Below are positions 40,304 to 49,985 of a DNA stretch of 64,000 bases, piece by piece. Origin of the DNA: Anaerolineales bacterium (GTDB taxonomy: Bacteria > Chloroflexota > Anaerolineae > Anaerolineales > UBA11579); contig DAOMSJ010000001.1 in the NCBI GenBank assembly GCA_035446285.1, positions 298,796 through 362,795 of the forward strand, in the 5' to 3' direction. Made by a program: the position numbers and the translations under genes. Each line of letters opens with the position of its first letter. Positions within the stretch are counted from its first letter, which is position 1. The notes under the pieces are model-generated. The model made no database searches. It was not told where the DNA came from and worked only from the letters and a program-made list of their open reading frames with translations.

Positions 40304-41440
40304 GTGAGTAAACTTCTCCTTGCGCTCCTGGCCCTCGCCTGCCTCCTCTCCGCCTGCACGCTGCCCAGCGGCCCGGCGCCTGCCAATAGCGGCAGCACAC
40401 CGACCCCGTTTGCGCCGCTGGCGGCAACCTATACCGCCAGCGCCAGCCCCACGCCTGAAGCCAGCAGCACGCCGACGATCACACCCACGCCCGCCCCGCT
40501 GCCCGCCAGCTTTGCCGGCAGCCTGCGCACCGACGTGCTGCCGGTCAGCTACAGCGCAGACCAGTGCAGCTACCTGGCCGCCCGCTGGAACCCGGACAAC
40601 AGCCAGCCCGGCACAGTCGTGGCGCCGCTGATGTATCACAGCATTTTGCGCGGCAATGCCGTGCCCAGCCTCTCGCAAGACATCAACGAAGTCACCTTCT
40701 ACGCCATCGTAGAGACGGCGCGCCGCCTGGGTTTTGAAACCATCACCAGCCAACAACTGGTGGATTTTTTGCACAACAACGCCCCCATCCCGCCGCGCAG
40801 CATGCTCTTGATCCTGGATGACCGCCGCCCCGGCACCGCCCAGGAATACTTCATACCCCTGTATGAGCAATATGGCTGGGGCACAACGCTGGGCTGGATC
40901 ATTGGTGACACCGACTCGCGCACCGGGGAGCATAGCGGCGAAAGCTTGTGGGCCTGGATCGAGCGTCTGAACGACACCGGCGTCTTTGATGTGCAGTCGC
41001 ACGGCCTGAACCATATACCGGTGGTGGGCGGACTGAGCACAGACTTCCTGCGCAGCGAATTGGGTGACAACATTCCCATCCTGGAGCAGCACTTCGGCCA
41101 GCGCCCCGTGGCGCACATCTGGGCGGGTGGCAACTTCACCGCCGATGGTGTAGCCATGGCCGATGCGCTGGGCTACGAAATAGCCTTCACGGTGTACTCA
41201 CGCGGGCCGATCATGTTCAACTGGATTCCGCAGGGCGAACAGGAGCGCGCCATCGGTAACCCGCTGCTGACCCTGCCGCGCTATTGGGACTCAGCCGCCG
41301 AGCTCAACCTGCAGCAAGCCGCCGATGCTGGCGATGCCGCCCAGCAGTTTGCCCGCGAGAACTATGCCGCAGAAGCGGCATGGTTTTCGCAAAATTGCGG
41401 CGGCGAGCTGCCCGCGTTGGATGCTGTGTTTGATGACTAG
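40304..41440 (+). CDS. polysaccharide deacetylase (NodB-homology) lipoprotein
   Basis: GTG at 40304 gives 'VSKLLLALLALACLLSACTL' (lipobox), followed by a P/T/A linker. 'LLILDDRRPG' and 'VQSHGLNH' resemble NodB motifs 1 and 2. The track start at 40190 adds 38 non-signal residues. Confidence 0.7.
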   Translation: MSKLLLALLALACLLSACTLPSGPAPANSGSTPTPFAPLAATYTASASPTPEASSTPTITPTPAPLPASFAGSLRTDVLPVSYSADQCSYLAARWNPDNSQPGTVVAPLMYHSILRGNAVPSLSQDINEVTFYAIVETARRLGFETITSQQLVDFLHNNAPIPPRSMLLILDDRRPGTAQEYFIPLYEQYGWGTTLGWIIGDTDSRTGEHSGESLWAWIERLNDTGVFDVQSHGLNHIPVVGGLSTDFLRSELGDNIPILEQHFGQRPVAHIWAGGNFTADGVAMADALGYEIAFTVYSRGPIMFNWIPQGEQERAIGNPLLTLPRYWDSAAELNLQQAADAGDAAQQFARENYAAEAAWFSQNCGGELPALDAVFDD

Positions 41441-41457
41441 TGGTTAACTGCTTTTTA

Positions 41458-41930
41458 CCGCAGATAAACGCGGATACGCGCAGATAAAAAGCAGGTTGTC
41501 ATTTCCGAGCATAGCGAGGAATCCTTTAGGCCAAACAAAGTCAAGCCAATTCCCATTGTCGTTGCGAGGTGCTGCGTAGCAGCATACGAAGCAATCTATC
41601 CGCCCATAAAAGATTCTTCACAGAGCACTGCAGTTTATGGCCCAAAGGATTCCCCTCGGCCTACAGCCTCGTTCGGAATGACAAACACACATTTCGTCAT
41701 TCCGAGCGAACAACGTGAGCGAGGAATCCTTTAGGTCAGACCACGTGCTCTCCCAAAGCTGTTGCCTTTTGCCAGCGCAGCGAGCAATCTATCCGCCCAT
41801 AAAAGAGTCTTCACAGAATAACGCTGCAGTTTATGGCCTAAAGGATTCCTCCTCGGCCTACGGCCTCGTTCGGAATGACAAACACACATTTCGTAATTCC
41901 GAGCGAACAACGTGAGCGAGGAATGACATC
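41458..41930. repeat. structured tandem repeat array (period about 194-198 bp, 2.2 copies) built from REP/MITE-like hairpin modules
   Basis: Copies lie at 41498-41695, 41696-41892 and 41893-41930 (partial). The roughly 137-nt cores at 41591-41727 and 41785-41924 are about 90% identical. Each core carries a ccataaa...tttatgg hairpin and a 13/14-bp hairpin, ctcgttcggaatgac / gtcattccgagcgaa. Confidence 0.8.
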
Positions 41931-41941
41931 CGCACTCCTAT

Positions 41942-41978
41942 AAAAAAACGGCCTGCACAATGTGCAGGCCGTTTTTTG
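41942..41978. terminator. bidirectional intrinsic terminator (ends rpoC; also closes the plus-strand repeat region)
   Basis: An A7 run, then cggcctgcaca(a)tgtgcaggccg, then a T6 run. It lies 9 nt downstream of the rpoC stop. Confidence 0.85.
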
Positions 41979-41986
41979 GTTCAGTC

Positions 41987-44900
41987 TTACTCCTCGTCGC
42001 TCGGAGGCAGCGGCTCAGCCGGGGCCTCAGGCAGTTGGCCGAAGCTCTCGCCCAGGCCAATGCCACCACCGTTCAGCTCAGCACTGGCGCTGGGCATCTC
42101 GCCGTAGGCCAGCTCACCCAGCGGCGCGGCGCCTAAGGGTGCCATCTCTTCCTTGCGCGGCTCGGGTTGCGGCAGCAGGTGGGCGTTGGCCTCGTGGCCG
42201 GTGCCCGCCGGGATCAGCTTACCCAGGATGACGTTCTCCTTCAAGCCGGTCAGCGGGTCTTCCTGTCCGCCGATGGCCGCACCCGCCAGCACCTTGATGG
42301 TGTGCTGGAAGGAAGCCGCAGACAAGAAGGAGTCCGTGCTCAGCGAGGCCTTGGTGATGCCCAACAGCACATCGGCAAACTTGGCCGGCTCTTTGCCTTC
42401 GGCAATCAGCGCCTCGTTCTTGTGGCGCAGCTCCAGGCGGCTCACATGGTCACCGGGCAGCATGCCGGTGTCACCCGGGCGGGTGACCTGCACCTTGGAC
42501 ATCATCTTGCGGATGATGACCTCAAAGTGCTTGTCATGGATGTTCTGACCCTGCGAGCGGTACACCTGCTGCACTTCAGTGAGCAAGTACATGTAGCAGG
42601 CTTCACGGCCCTGGATGCGCAGGATGGAGTGCGGATTGAGCGAACCTTCGGTCAGCGCCTGGCCAGCTTCCACCTTGGCCCCATTGGGGATGAGCATACG
42701 CGTGGTGTTGGGTACTTCGTACTCAACCGAGTCTTTCTGCTCGTACGAGACATAGATCTTGCGATCCTCAACGCGCACCTTGCCGCCGTTCTCAACCTTG
42801 AGCTCGGCTTCTTTCAGCGTAGCGATGATGTCGCCGGGTTCTACCTTGGCGCCGTCTTCAACAGCGATGCGGTAGCCCTTGGGCAGCTCGTACTCATCAT
42901 GCACCATTTCAGAGTGCAGGATGCGAATGACACGCAGGTCACTGAAGCGCTCAGACTGGGCCACTTCCACAGTGCCACCCAGCTCAGCCACAACGGCTTC
43001 ACCCTTGGGCTGGCGGCGGGCTTCAAAGAGCTCTTCCACACGCGGCAGACCCGTGGTGATGTCCGATTCGGCCGCTACACCACCGGTGTGGAAGGTGCGC
43101 AGCGTCAGCTGCGTACCCGGCTCACCGATGGACTGGGCTGCCACGATGCCGATGGCCGCACCCAGCGCCACCGAACGGCCACGGCCCATATCCAGGCCGT
43201 AGCATTTGACACAGATGCCCTGCTCAGCTTCGCAGGTCATCGGGGAGTACACATACACATCCTGCACGCTAGCGGCCGTCACCTTGCGGGTCTGGTCATG
43301 GTCGAGCAGTTGGTCCTTCTCCACCAGCACTTCGCCCGTGTTGGGGTCAACGATATTGTGGGCGGCTACGCGGCCAAAGATACGGCTGCCCAGCGACTGG
43401 TCAGCCACATCGTCGGCGGAGCGCATCCAGATGCCTTCATCCGTGCCACAGTCTTCAATAGTGGTGATGACGTCCTGCGCCACATCCACCAGGCGGCGGG
43501 TCAGGTAACCGGCGTCTGCAGTACGCAGCGCGGTATCGGCCAGACCCTTGCGCGAACCGTGCGTGGAGATGAAGTATTCCAGCGTGGTGAGGCCTTCGCG
43601 GAAGTTGGAGCGGATGGGCAGCGGAATGATGCGGCCCGAGGGGTCCGCCATCATGCCACGCATACCGGCCAGCTGTGAGATGGAGCTGAAGCCACCCTTG
43701 GTGGCGCCGGAGTTGGCCATGGTGGCCAGGTTGCCCTTCTCATCCATGTTCTTGCGCACGGCAACCGCCACCGTGTTGGTGGTCTCTTGCCAGATCTCGA
43801 TCACGCGCTCGTTCTGCTCTTGCTCGGTCAGCAAGCCACGGCGGAAGTCTTCTTCCACTGCCTGCTCGCGTTCCATCGCAGCGGCCACGATACCTTCCTT
43901 CTCCTCCGGAATGGTGATGTCGGAGATGGCGATCGTGGTGCCAGAGCGGGTAGCAAACTTGAAGCCAATGTCTTTGACGCGGTCAGCCACATCCGTGGTG
44001 CGCTTCTCGTCACCGGTCACTTCAAGCAGTTCAGCGATGAGATCCTTGATGGAGCCCTTATCGATCACTTCGTTTACGAACATGATCTCAGGTTCCAGTT
44101 CCAGGTTGAGCAATACGCGGCCCACCGTGGTGTCGATGAAACGCGTCTCAGCCTCGGCCATGCGGGTGCCCTGCTCGTCGTACCAGGTTTCGGTGCGTAG
44201 GCGGATGGGCGAATGCACGTCCAACTGGCCCAGTTGGTAGACCATCACTACTTCGTCCATGTCACCAAAGACGCGGGGCTGCTTGCCCTTCACGGGCACA
44301 GGCTCCATGGTCAGGTAGTACACACCCAAGACCATATCCTTAGAGGGGCCGATGATCGGCTCGCCGTCAGCAGGCTTGAGCAAGTTCTTGGTGGAAAGCA
44401 TCAGCTCGCGCGCTTCCCATACCGCTTTCTGCGAAAGCGGTACGTGCACGGCCATCTGGTCACCGTCAAAGTCTGCGTTGAACGCGGTGGTGACCAGCGG
44501 GTGCAACTGGATGGCGCTGCCTTCGATCAGGATCGGCTCGAAAGCCTGGATACCGAGGCGGTGCAGCGTTGGCGCACGGTTGAGCAGCACGGGGCGGTCT
44601 TTGATGACCTCCTCGAGCACTTCGTACACTTCGGGGCGGTTGCGGTCAATGATGCGCTTGGCGCCCTTGACGTTGGCGGCGTAGTTGGCGCTCACCAGGC
44701 GGGAGATGACGAAGGGCTTGTACAGCTCCAAGGCCATGCTCTTGGGCAGACCGCACTGGTACAGCTTGAGCTGCGGGCCCACCACAATCACGGAACGGCC
44801 GGAGTAGTCCACACGCTTACCCAACAGGTTGCGGCGGAAGCGGCCCTTCTTGCCCTTGAGCAGATCGCTCAGAGATTTCAGTTCGCGGCGGCCACGGCGC

Positions 44901-46354
44901 GAGAGTGCCTTGCCGCGCTGCGAGTTATCGATCAGCGAGTCCACCGCTTCCTGCAACATGCGCTTCTCGTTGCGCACGATCACATCCGGCGCACCCAGCT
45001 CCAGCAGACGCTTGAGGCGGTTGTTACGATTGATCACGCGGCGGTACAGGTCATTCAGGTCAGAGGTCGCAAAGCGGCCACCGTCCAACTGCACCATCGG
45101 GCGTAGGTCGGGCGGGATGACCGGCAATACAGTGAGGATCATCCACTCGGGGCGGTTGCTGGAGCGGCGGAAAGCCTCCACCACGCGCAGGCGGTTGGTG
45201 GCCTTGCGGCGGCGCTGCTTGCTGCGCGAGGTGCGCAGTTCCTTCCACAGCTCTTCGCTCAGGCGGTCAAGGTCAAGACGCTCGAGGATGTCGTAGAAGG
45301 CCTCGGCGCCCATATCGGCGCGGAACACCTGGCCAAAGCGAGCGCGCAGCTCGCGGTAGCGGTTCTCGCCCATGAAGGTCATCGGGCGCAGGTCTTCCAG
45401 CTCCTCGCGGGTGCGCATCTGGTCTTCGTGCTCATTGCTGGAGGACTTCTCGTCCAGCGAGTCACGCAGGTTGTTCATTGCCAGCTCAGATTCGGCCTTG
45501 ATGCTGGCCTTCTCCACAGCAATGCGCTCAAGCTCGGCGTGCTTCTTCTCGCCGATCTTCTTTTCGTTGTCTTCCAGGAACTCTTTGACGATCTCCTGCA
45601 CGCGGGCAATGTGCTTGTTCTCCACCACCTCGCCAGCCTTCACCAGGTTGCCCTTGATGGCGCTGAAGGTGATGGCAGCCTTGGAGGCGGCGCCCATCTG
45701 GTCTTGCAGTTTGGATTCGACGCGCTGGCCTTCTTTGATCACCGGGTCGATCTTGGCAGCCAGCTCTTCATCGTAGCGGCCTTCGATCTCCTTGGTGCGC
45801 TCGTCCAGCTTGCCCAGCTTCTCGTCACGCTGCTGCTTGGCTGCCGCGATCTGGGCGTTGATCTGCGCGGCGTGCTCTTTTTCGGCCGAGCTGATCTCTT
45901 CGTCCAGGCGGGCCAAAGCCTTCTGGCGAGCATCTTCATCTACGTAGGTCACTACGTACTGCGCAAAGTACAGCACGCGGTCCAGGTTGCGACGCGAGAT
46001 ATCGAGCAACAAGCCCAGGTAGGAAGGTACGCGGCGCGTGTACCACACGTGAGCCACAGGAGCGGCCAACGAGATGTGGCCCATGCGCTCACGGCGCACA
46101 GAGGAACGGGTGACTTCTACGCCACACTTGTCACAAATAATGCCTTTGTAGCGAATGTTCTTGTACTTGCCGCAATAGCACTGCCAATCGCGGGTGGGGC
46201 CAAAGATGGCTTCATCAAAGAGACCATCTTTCTCCGGGCGCAAGCGGCGGTAGTTGATCGTCTCCGGCTTGAGCACTTCGCCATAAGACCAACTGCGAAT
46301 GGTCTCGGGCGAGGCCAAGCTGATGCGCAATGCACGCAATCCCTTTGTTTCCAT
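41987..46354 (-). CDS. rpoC: DNA-directed RNA polymerase subunit beta' with a long lineage-specific insertion
   Basis: Zn-finger '[23 protein letters not shown]', '[12 protein letters not shown]' catalytic loop, '[18 protein letters not shown]', and trigger-loop/bridge regions. ATG at 46354 is preceded by GGAGG. The track's TTG at 46369 adds 5 residues. Confidence 0.97.
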   Translation of the reverse strand: METKGLRALRISLASPETIRSWSYGEVLKPETINYRRLRPEKDGLFDEAIFGPTRDWQCYCGKYKNIRYKGIICDKCGVEVTRSSVRRERMGHISLAAPVAHVWYTRRVPSYLGLLLDISRRNLDRVLYFAQYVVTYVDEDARQKALARLDEEISSAEKEHAAQINAQIAAAKQQRDEKLGKLDERTKEIEGRYDEELAAKIDPVIKEGQRVESKLQDQMGAASKAAITFSAIKGNLVKAGEVVENKHIARVQEIVKEFLEDNEKKIGEKKHAELERIAVEKASIKAESELAMNNLRDSLDEKSSSNEHEDQMRTREELEDLRPMTFMGENRYRELRARFGQVFRADMGAEAFYDILERLDLDRLSEELWKELRTSRSKQRRRKATNRLRVVEAFRRSSNRPEWMILTVLPVIPPDLRPMVQLDGGRFATSDLNDLYRRVINRNNRLKRLLELGAPDVIVRNEKRMLQEAVDSLIDNSQRGKALSRRGRRELKSLSDLLKGKKGRFRRNLLGKRVDYSGRSVIVVGPQLKLYQCGLPKSMALELYKPFVISRLVSANYAANVKGAKRIIDRNRPEVYEVLEEVIKDRPVLLNRAPTLHRLGIQAFEPILIEGSAIQLHPLVTTAFNADFDGDQMAVHVPLSQKAVWEARELMLSTKNLLKPADGEPIIGPSKDMVLGVYYLTMEPVPVKGKQPRVFGDMDEVVMVYQLGQLDVHSPIRLRTETWYDEQGTRMAEAETRFIDTTVGRVLLNLELEPEIMFVNEVIDKGSIKDLIAELLEVTGDEKRTTDVADRVKDIGFKFATRSGTTIAISDITIPEEKEGIVAAAMEREQAVEEDFRRGLLTEQEQNERVIEIWQETTNTVAVAVRKNMDEKGNLATMANSGATKGGFSSISQLAGMRGMMADPSGRIIPLPIRSNFREGLTTLEYFISTHGSRKGLADTALRTADAGYLTRRLVDVAQDVITTIEDCGTDEGIWMRSADDVADQSLGSRIFGRVAAHNIVDPNTGEVLVEKDQLLDHDQTRKVTAASVQDVYVYSPMTCEAEQGICVKCYGLDMGRGRSVALGAAIGIVAAQSIGEPGTQLTLRTFHTGGVAAESDITTGLPRVEELFEARRQPKGEAVVAELGGTVEVAQSERFSDLRVIRILHSEMVHDEYELPKGYRIAVEDGAKVEPGDIIATLKEAELKVENGGKVRVEDRKIYVSYEQKDSVEYEVPNTTRMLIPNGAKVEAGQALTEGSLNPHSILRIQGREACYMYLLTEVQQVYRSQGQNIHDKHFEVIIRKMMSKVQVTRPGDTGMLPGDHVSRLELRHKNEALIAEGKEPAKFADVLLGITKASLSTDSFLSAASFQHTIKVLAGAAIGGQEDPLTGLKENVILGKLIPAGTGHEANAHLLPQPEPRKEEMAPLGAAPLGELAYGEMPSASAELNGGGIGLGESFGQLPEAPAEPLPPSDEE

Positions 46355-46512
46355 ATGTGCGGCCTCCAAACGGTTTTCGGTTACGGCGAAAAGCGTAGCC
46401 TCCGCATACCTGGCGTCTTCCTCTCCACCCTGGATTCAGACCTGTGACCCAGCCAGCTACGCAGACTCTCGCTCTGCTGTTTAGTTTGAATAATCGAACA
46501 GTTGTGCTATTT

Positions 46513-46575
46513 CAGAGACAAACCAAAGCAAGCGCTTAGAGACCTTTCTCAAAGCGCTTGCTGATTGTGCACAAT
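46513..46575 (-). promoter_or_regulatory. rpoC leader elements: 12-bp palindrome and an attenuator-like hairpin with U-tract
   Basis: The palindrome attgtgcacaat lies at 46564-46575. The hairpin agcaagcgctt-t-gaga-aagg-tctc-t-aagcgcttgct lies at 46527-46562. On the mRNA it is followed by UUUGGUUUGUCUCU (46526-46513). Confidence 0.5.
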
Positions 46576-46599
46576 GTATTCGATTGAATTTCGTGAAAT

Positions 46600-46627
46600 A
46601 TTATACCAACGGGGGATACAGAGTCAA
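46600..46627 (-). promoter_or_regulatory. candidate strong sigma-70-type promoter of rpoC
   Basis: The minus strand reads TTGACT (46627-46622), a 16-nt spacer ending in TGg (extended -10), then TATAAT (46605-46600). The predicted leader is about 245 nt. Confidence 0.6.
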
Positions 46628-46663
46628 GGAAAACAGCCCGCTACTGTGGAATAGATTGTACAC

Positions 46664-49600
46664 CTAAGTGAGGGGCAACTCAAGATAGAAAGTGCTGCCC
46701 GCCCCCAGCTCACTTTCCACCCATACGCGGCCCTTATGACGCTGCACGATCGAGCGCACGATGTTGAGGCCATTGGCGCCCCCATGCCCCACACGGCGCT
46801 CAAAGATACTGGGCACATCCACCGGGGCAATACCCACGCCGTTGTCCTTGACCGAGAGCACCACCGTGTCTGCGCCATAGATTGCCGCCAGCTGCACGGC
46901 GCGGCCGCGGGCGCTGTAGCGCACGGCATTATCCACCAGGTAGTACACGGCGCGCTGCAACAGCGCACGTTCTGCCTGCACCAGCTTCTGCGAACCCTCG
47001 CTGGGCGCCAGCACCAACTCAATCTGCTTGTGGCGCGCCTGCGGGCTGGCCTCATCCAATACCGCTTGCAACACATCCTCCAGCGCAAGCGGCTCCAGGC
47101 GCGGCCCTTCGCCTTCCTGGCTGCGCTCAGCGGCCAGCAAACTGCTGGCCAGCGTGCTGATGCGCTCCATATTGGTGTAGATGTGCTGCATGAAGTCTTT
47201 TTGCTGCTCATTGAGCGAGCCGTGCAAGCTGAGCATGGACAAATAGCCGTTGACCATTTCCAGCGGGTCTTTGAGATCGTGCCCGATGGCGCTGAGCACC
47301 TCCATGCGTGCACTCTCTTGCTGCTTGGCCAAGGTGACATCCATCAGCGTGCACATGAAGCCAAGCAGCTCTGGCCCAGCCCACAGCGGGTTCAGCGTAG
47401 CCTCATAGGCCACCTCTTGAATGCTGATCTCAGCACGTTGCGGCCTGGGGCCAGCGCTGCGCAAGAAACTCATCAGCTCGTTATCGCGGATCGCCTGGTC
47501 CAGCGGCGGCGCGGGCGGCAAATCGGCACGCAGGCGCAGCACGCGCCCAGCGGCCGGGTTGGCGAACACAAGATGCAACTCCGCATCCAGCAGGATGGTG
47601 GGCAGCGGGTCGGCGGCCAAAACCGCCTCCAGGCGTTGCTGGCCGCTGCGTGCCAGCAAATATTGGCGCGCGTTGGTGGCGGCGGTGGAGGCTTGCGCGG
47701 CAAGCGTCTCCAGATAGCGCACCGTGTTGCTGCCCACCTCAAAATGCTGCGCTTCATCGTAAGCCAGCCACAGGGTACCCAGTTGCTTGCTGCCGTCCTT
47801 GAGCGCAAAGGCCGCCACTGAGCCAGGGTAGGGTGTGCCCTTATCTACTTTCAGGCGAGCACGCGCCGGGTTGGTTACAAAGACCTGGTCACGTTCTTTG
47901 GTCAGCGCACTCATCTGCGCGTCCAGGGCTTCGTAGCGCTCATGGCCCTCACCTTTGCCGAAGCTCAGTTCGCTGCCGCCATGTTCGCTGAGGAACACCA
48001 GTCGCGCCAACGAGGCGCCGCTGGCCAGGGCCGCTTCTAGCAACGGCTCAATGTGGCTGCGCACTTCCAGGCTGGAGGACAGGCCGTGACTGAGCGCCAA
48101 GAGACGTTGGGTTTCTTCACTGCGCGTCAGCACGGCACGGCGCATCACCTCAAATGCTGAGCCAAGCCGCCCGACTTCATCGCTGCCAGTGACTGACAGT
48201 GGAGCGCGCAGATCGCCCGCGGCGATGCGCTGCGTCTCGGCCGCCAGGGTGTGCAACGAGGCGCTCACACGGCGCACGCTGCTGCGCAGCAGCGCATATG
48301 CCGCTACACCAGCCAGCAGCAACACGCCAAGGATCGGCAGCGCCAGCTGCAGCGCACGCTGCTGCGCCAGGCTGGCCGGCCAGCGCGCCACCACCGCCCA
48401 GTTGCTGCCGGACACCGGCTGGTAGCGCACCAGCACACGTGCACCGTCTTGGGCGGCTTCTTCATACGCCAAAGCTGATGTACCGCTCTGCCCGCCGTAG
48501 GTCTGCAACAAGGCCGCGGCAAACGGAGCAATCACAATTTGCTGCTGGCCATCCACCAGGAAGGCTTGCGCCCCCAATGTATTAATGCTTTGCAAGCTCT
48601 GCACCACGGGCAGAGCAAAAGGATTGCTGTGCAAACTGGTGCGCCCCACCAATACATTGCGCACCTGATTGTTGCTGTTGCGCACCGCGGCCACAAACAC
48701 CAATTGGGCCACATTTTGCTCGCTGGCACTTTGGCTGGCCGGTGGTGCACTCAGGATCTGCAGCGAGACGCCCTGAATGGCCAGTGATACGGCCGAGAGT
48801 TCGGTCTGGCTGGGCGAGAGGCTCATGTAGTTGGCGTTGGGCACGCCGCTGACCACGTTGCCGCCGGTATCCAGCAGCGTAAGCTGCTCAAAATAAGGCA
48901 CGCCACCCAAGTGGCTCTGTAGCGTCTCAGCCGCCTGTTGCGCGCTGGCATCGGCCAGGCGCGTATCAGCGGCCAGTTGCAGGATCAGGTTCTGGCCCGT
49001 TTCGAGCACAAAAGGCACCGAATCGGCGGCGATGTGCAGATTGTTCTCCACGCGGTCGGCCAGCAGTTGCTGCGAGCTGCGCCCCGCCATCCACCAGGTG
49101 AGCGCACCCAGGGCGACGAAAGCCACCACCGCCAGCGGGGCGAGGGCAAACAGGAAGCGCGCTTCCAGGCTGCGCTCGCTGGGGGCGGGCTGCGCAGGCT
49201 GCCCAGCACGGTCTGCATGCGGCCAGCGCGCCAAAGCCAACTGCAGCACCAGGCTGCCCAGCAGCAAAGGAACGGCGACGGCCATCGCTGCCCCCGGCAA
49301 ACGCGAGAGCGCAAAGTCCAAACTCACCAGCCAGCTAGACGAAGCCCAAAACAAGGCAGTAGCAATATAAAGAAGGGGATAGAGGGCCGAGAGCAGCGCC
49401 GCGGCCACTATGGGCTTGCGCAGCCAGGCGAACAGAGCCGTCCTATAGCCCTGGCTGCGTAAGAACGCAAAGGCCACCGCTAGTAGGGCCAGCTCCAGCG
49501 GCGTGAAGGGGCTGCGTGTATCCCACGCAGCCAGCAACACGCCGCCCACTGCCGCCAGTAGCGCCGCACTGGGCGCGCCAAACCACAGCAAGGCCAGCAT

Positions 49601-49903
49601 CCATGGCACAGCCAATAGCGGCGCCAGCAAAGCGCCGCGCGCCGAGATGCCCAGGCCGGGGATGGGCAGCGCGCCATCGGCGGGCAGGCGCAAGGTAAAG
49701 ATCAGGATGGACAGCGGAACCACCAGCAGCAAGGCCAGCCAGCGTAGCTGCTGCTTGCGCGTCCACAGCACGCCGTGTCCGCCCAGGCGCAACGCCAGGG
49801 CCAGCGTGGCGGCCAGCAACGCCAGCCATACCAACCACCCCAGCCAATCAGCCGGGGCGAGAATGTTCAAGAAGGGAAATGATTGCAGAAAAGTGTAGGT
49901 CAC
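46664..49903 (-). CDS. large multi-domain sensor histidine kinase (polytopic N-terminal sensor, HAMP, GAF/PAS-like, HisKA, HATPase_c)
   Basis: 1079 aa. The first roughly 270 aa are almost entirely hydrophobic helices. It also has HAMP-like 'RIAAGDLRAPLSV', H-box 'LSAIGHDLKDPLE', and ATPase 'VKDNGVGIA...GGANGLNIVRSIVQRHKGRVWVESELGAGSTFYLELP'. Confidence 0.88.
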   Translation of the reverse strand: MTYTFLQSFPFLNILAPADWLGWLVWLALLAATLALALRLGGHGVLWTRKQQLRWLALLLVVPLSILIFTLRLPADGALPIPGLGISARGALLAPLLAVPWMLALLWFGAPSAALLAAVGGVLLAAWDTRSPFTPLELALLAVAFAFLRSQGYRTALFAWLRKPIVAAALLSALYPLLYIATALFWASSSWLVSLDFALSRLPGAAMAVAVPLLLGSLVLQLALARWPHADRAGQPAQPAPSERSLEARFLFALAPLAVVAFVALGALTWWMAGRSSQQLLADRVENNLHIAADSVPFVLETGQNLILQLAADTRLADASAQQAAETLQSHLGGVPYFEQLTLLDTGGNVVSGVPNANYMSLSPSQTELSAVSLAIQGVSLQILSAPPASQSASEQNVAQLVFVAAVRNSNNQVRNVLVGRTSLHSNPFALPVVQSLQSINTLGAQAFLVDGQQQIVIAPFAAALLQTYGGQSGTSALAYEEAAQDGARVLVRYQPVSGSNWAVVARWPASLAQQRALQLALPILGVLLLAGVAAYALLRSSVRRVSASLHTLAAETQRIAAGDLRAPLSVTGSDEVGRLGSAFEVMRRAVLTRSEETQRLLALSHGLSSSLEVRSHIEPLLEAALASGASLARLVFLSEHGGSELSFGKGEGHERYEALDAQMSALTKERDQVFVTNPARARLKVDKGTPYPGSVAAFALKDGSKQLGTLWLAYDEAQHFEVGSNTVRYLETLAAQASTAATNARQYLLARSGQQRLEAVLAADPLPTILLDAELHLVFANPAAGRVLRLRADLPPAPPLDQAIRDNELMSFLRSAGPRPQRAEISIQEVAYEATLNPLWAGPELLGFMCTLMDVTLAKQQESARMEVLSAIGHDLKDPLEMVNGYLSMLSLHGSLNEQQKDFMQHIYTNMERISTLASSLLAAERSQEGEGPRLEPLALEDVLQAVLDEASPQARHKQIELVLAPSEGSQKLVQAERALLQRAVYYLVDNAVRYSARGRAVQLAAIYGADTVVLSVKDNGVGIAPVDVPSIFERRVGHGGANGLNIVRSIVQRHKGRVWVESELGAGSTFYLELPLT

Positions 49904-49985
49904 GTTGTGTTTGCCAGTAGCCCTGGCACACGCGCTACTGCCCGTTTTGCCAGCGGAGCCTTGCGCTAACGCAAAAGCAACAACC

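Noticed and set aside
41715-41915. 66-aa ORF inside the tandem repeat array
   Set aside because: It is composed of translated repeat hairpins (…GLVRNDKHTFRNSERTT). It has a GTG start, no RBS and atypical codon usage.
41498-41930. Possible CRISPR array
   Set aside because: The period is about 195 bp, not 60-75 bp. The 'spacers' are themselves diverged copies of each other. There are only 2.2 units and no cas genes in the window.
42167-43678. 503-aa plus-strand ORF (and other long ORFs at 44213-45106 and 45428-46447)
   Set aside because: All are antisense to rpoC, whose identity is unambiguous. Their low-complexity composition is typical of shadow frames.
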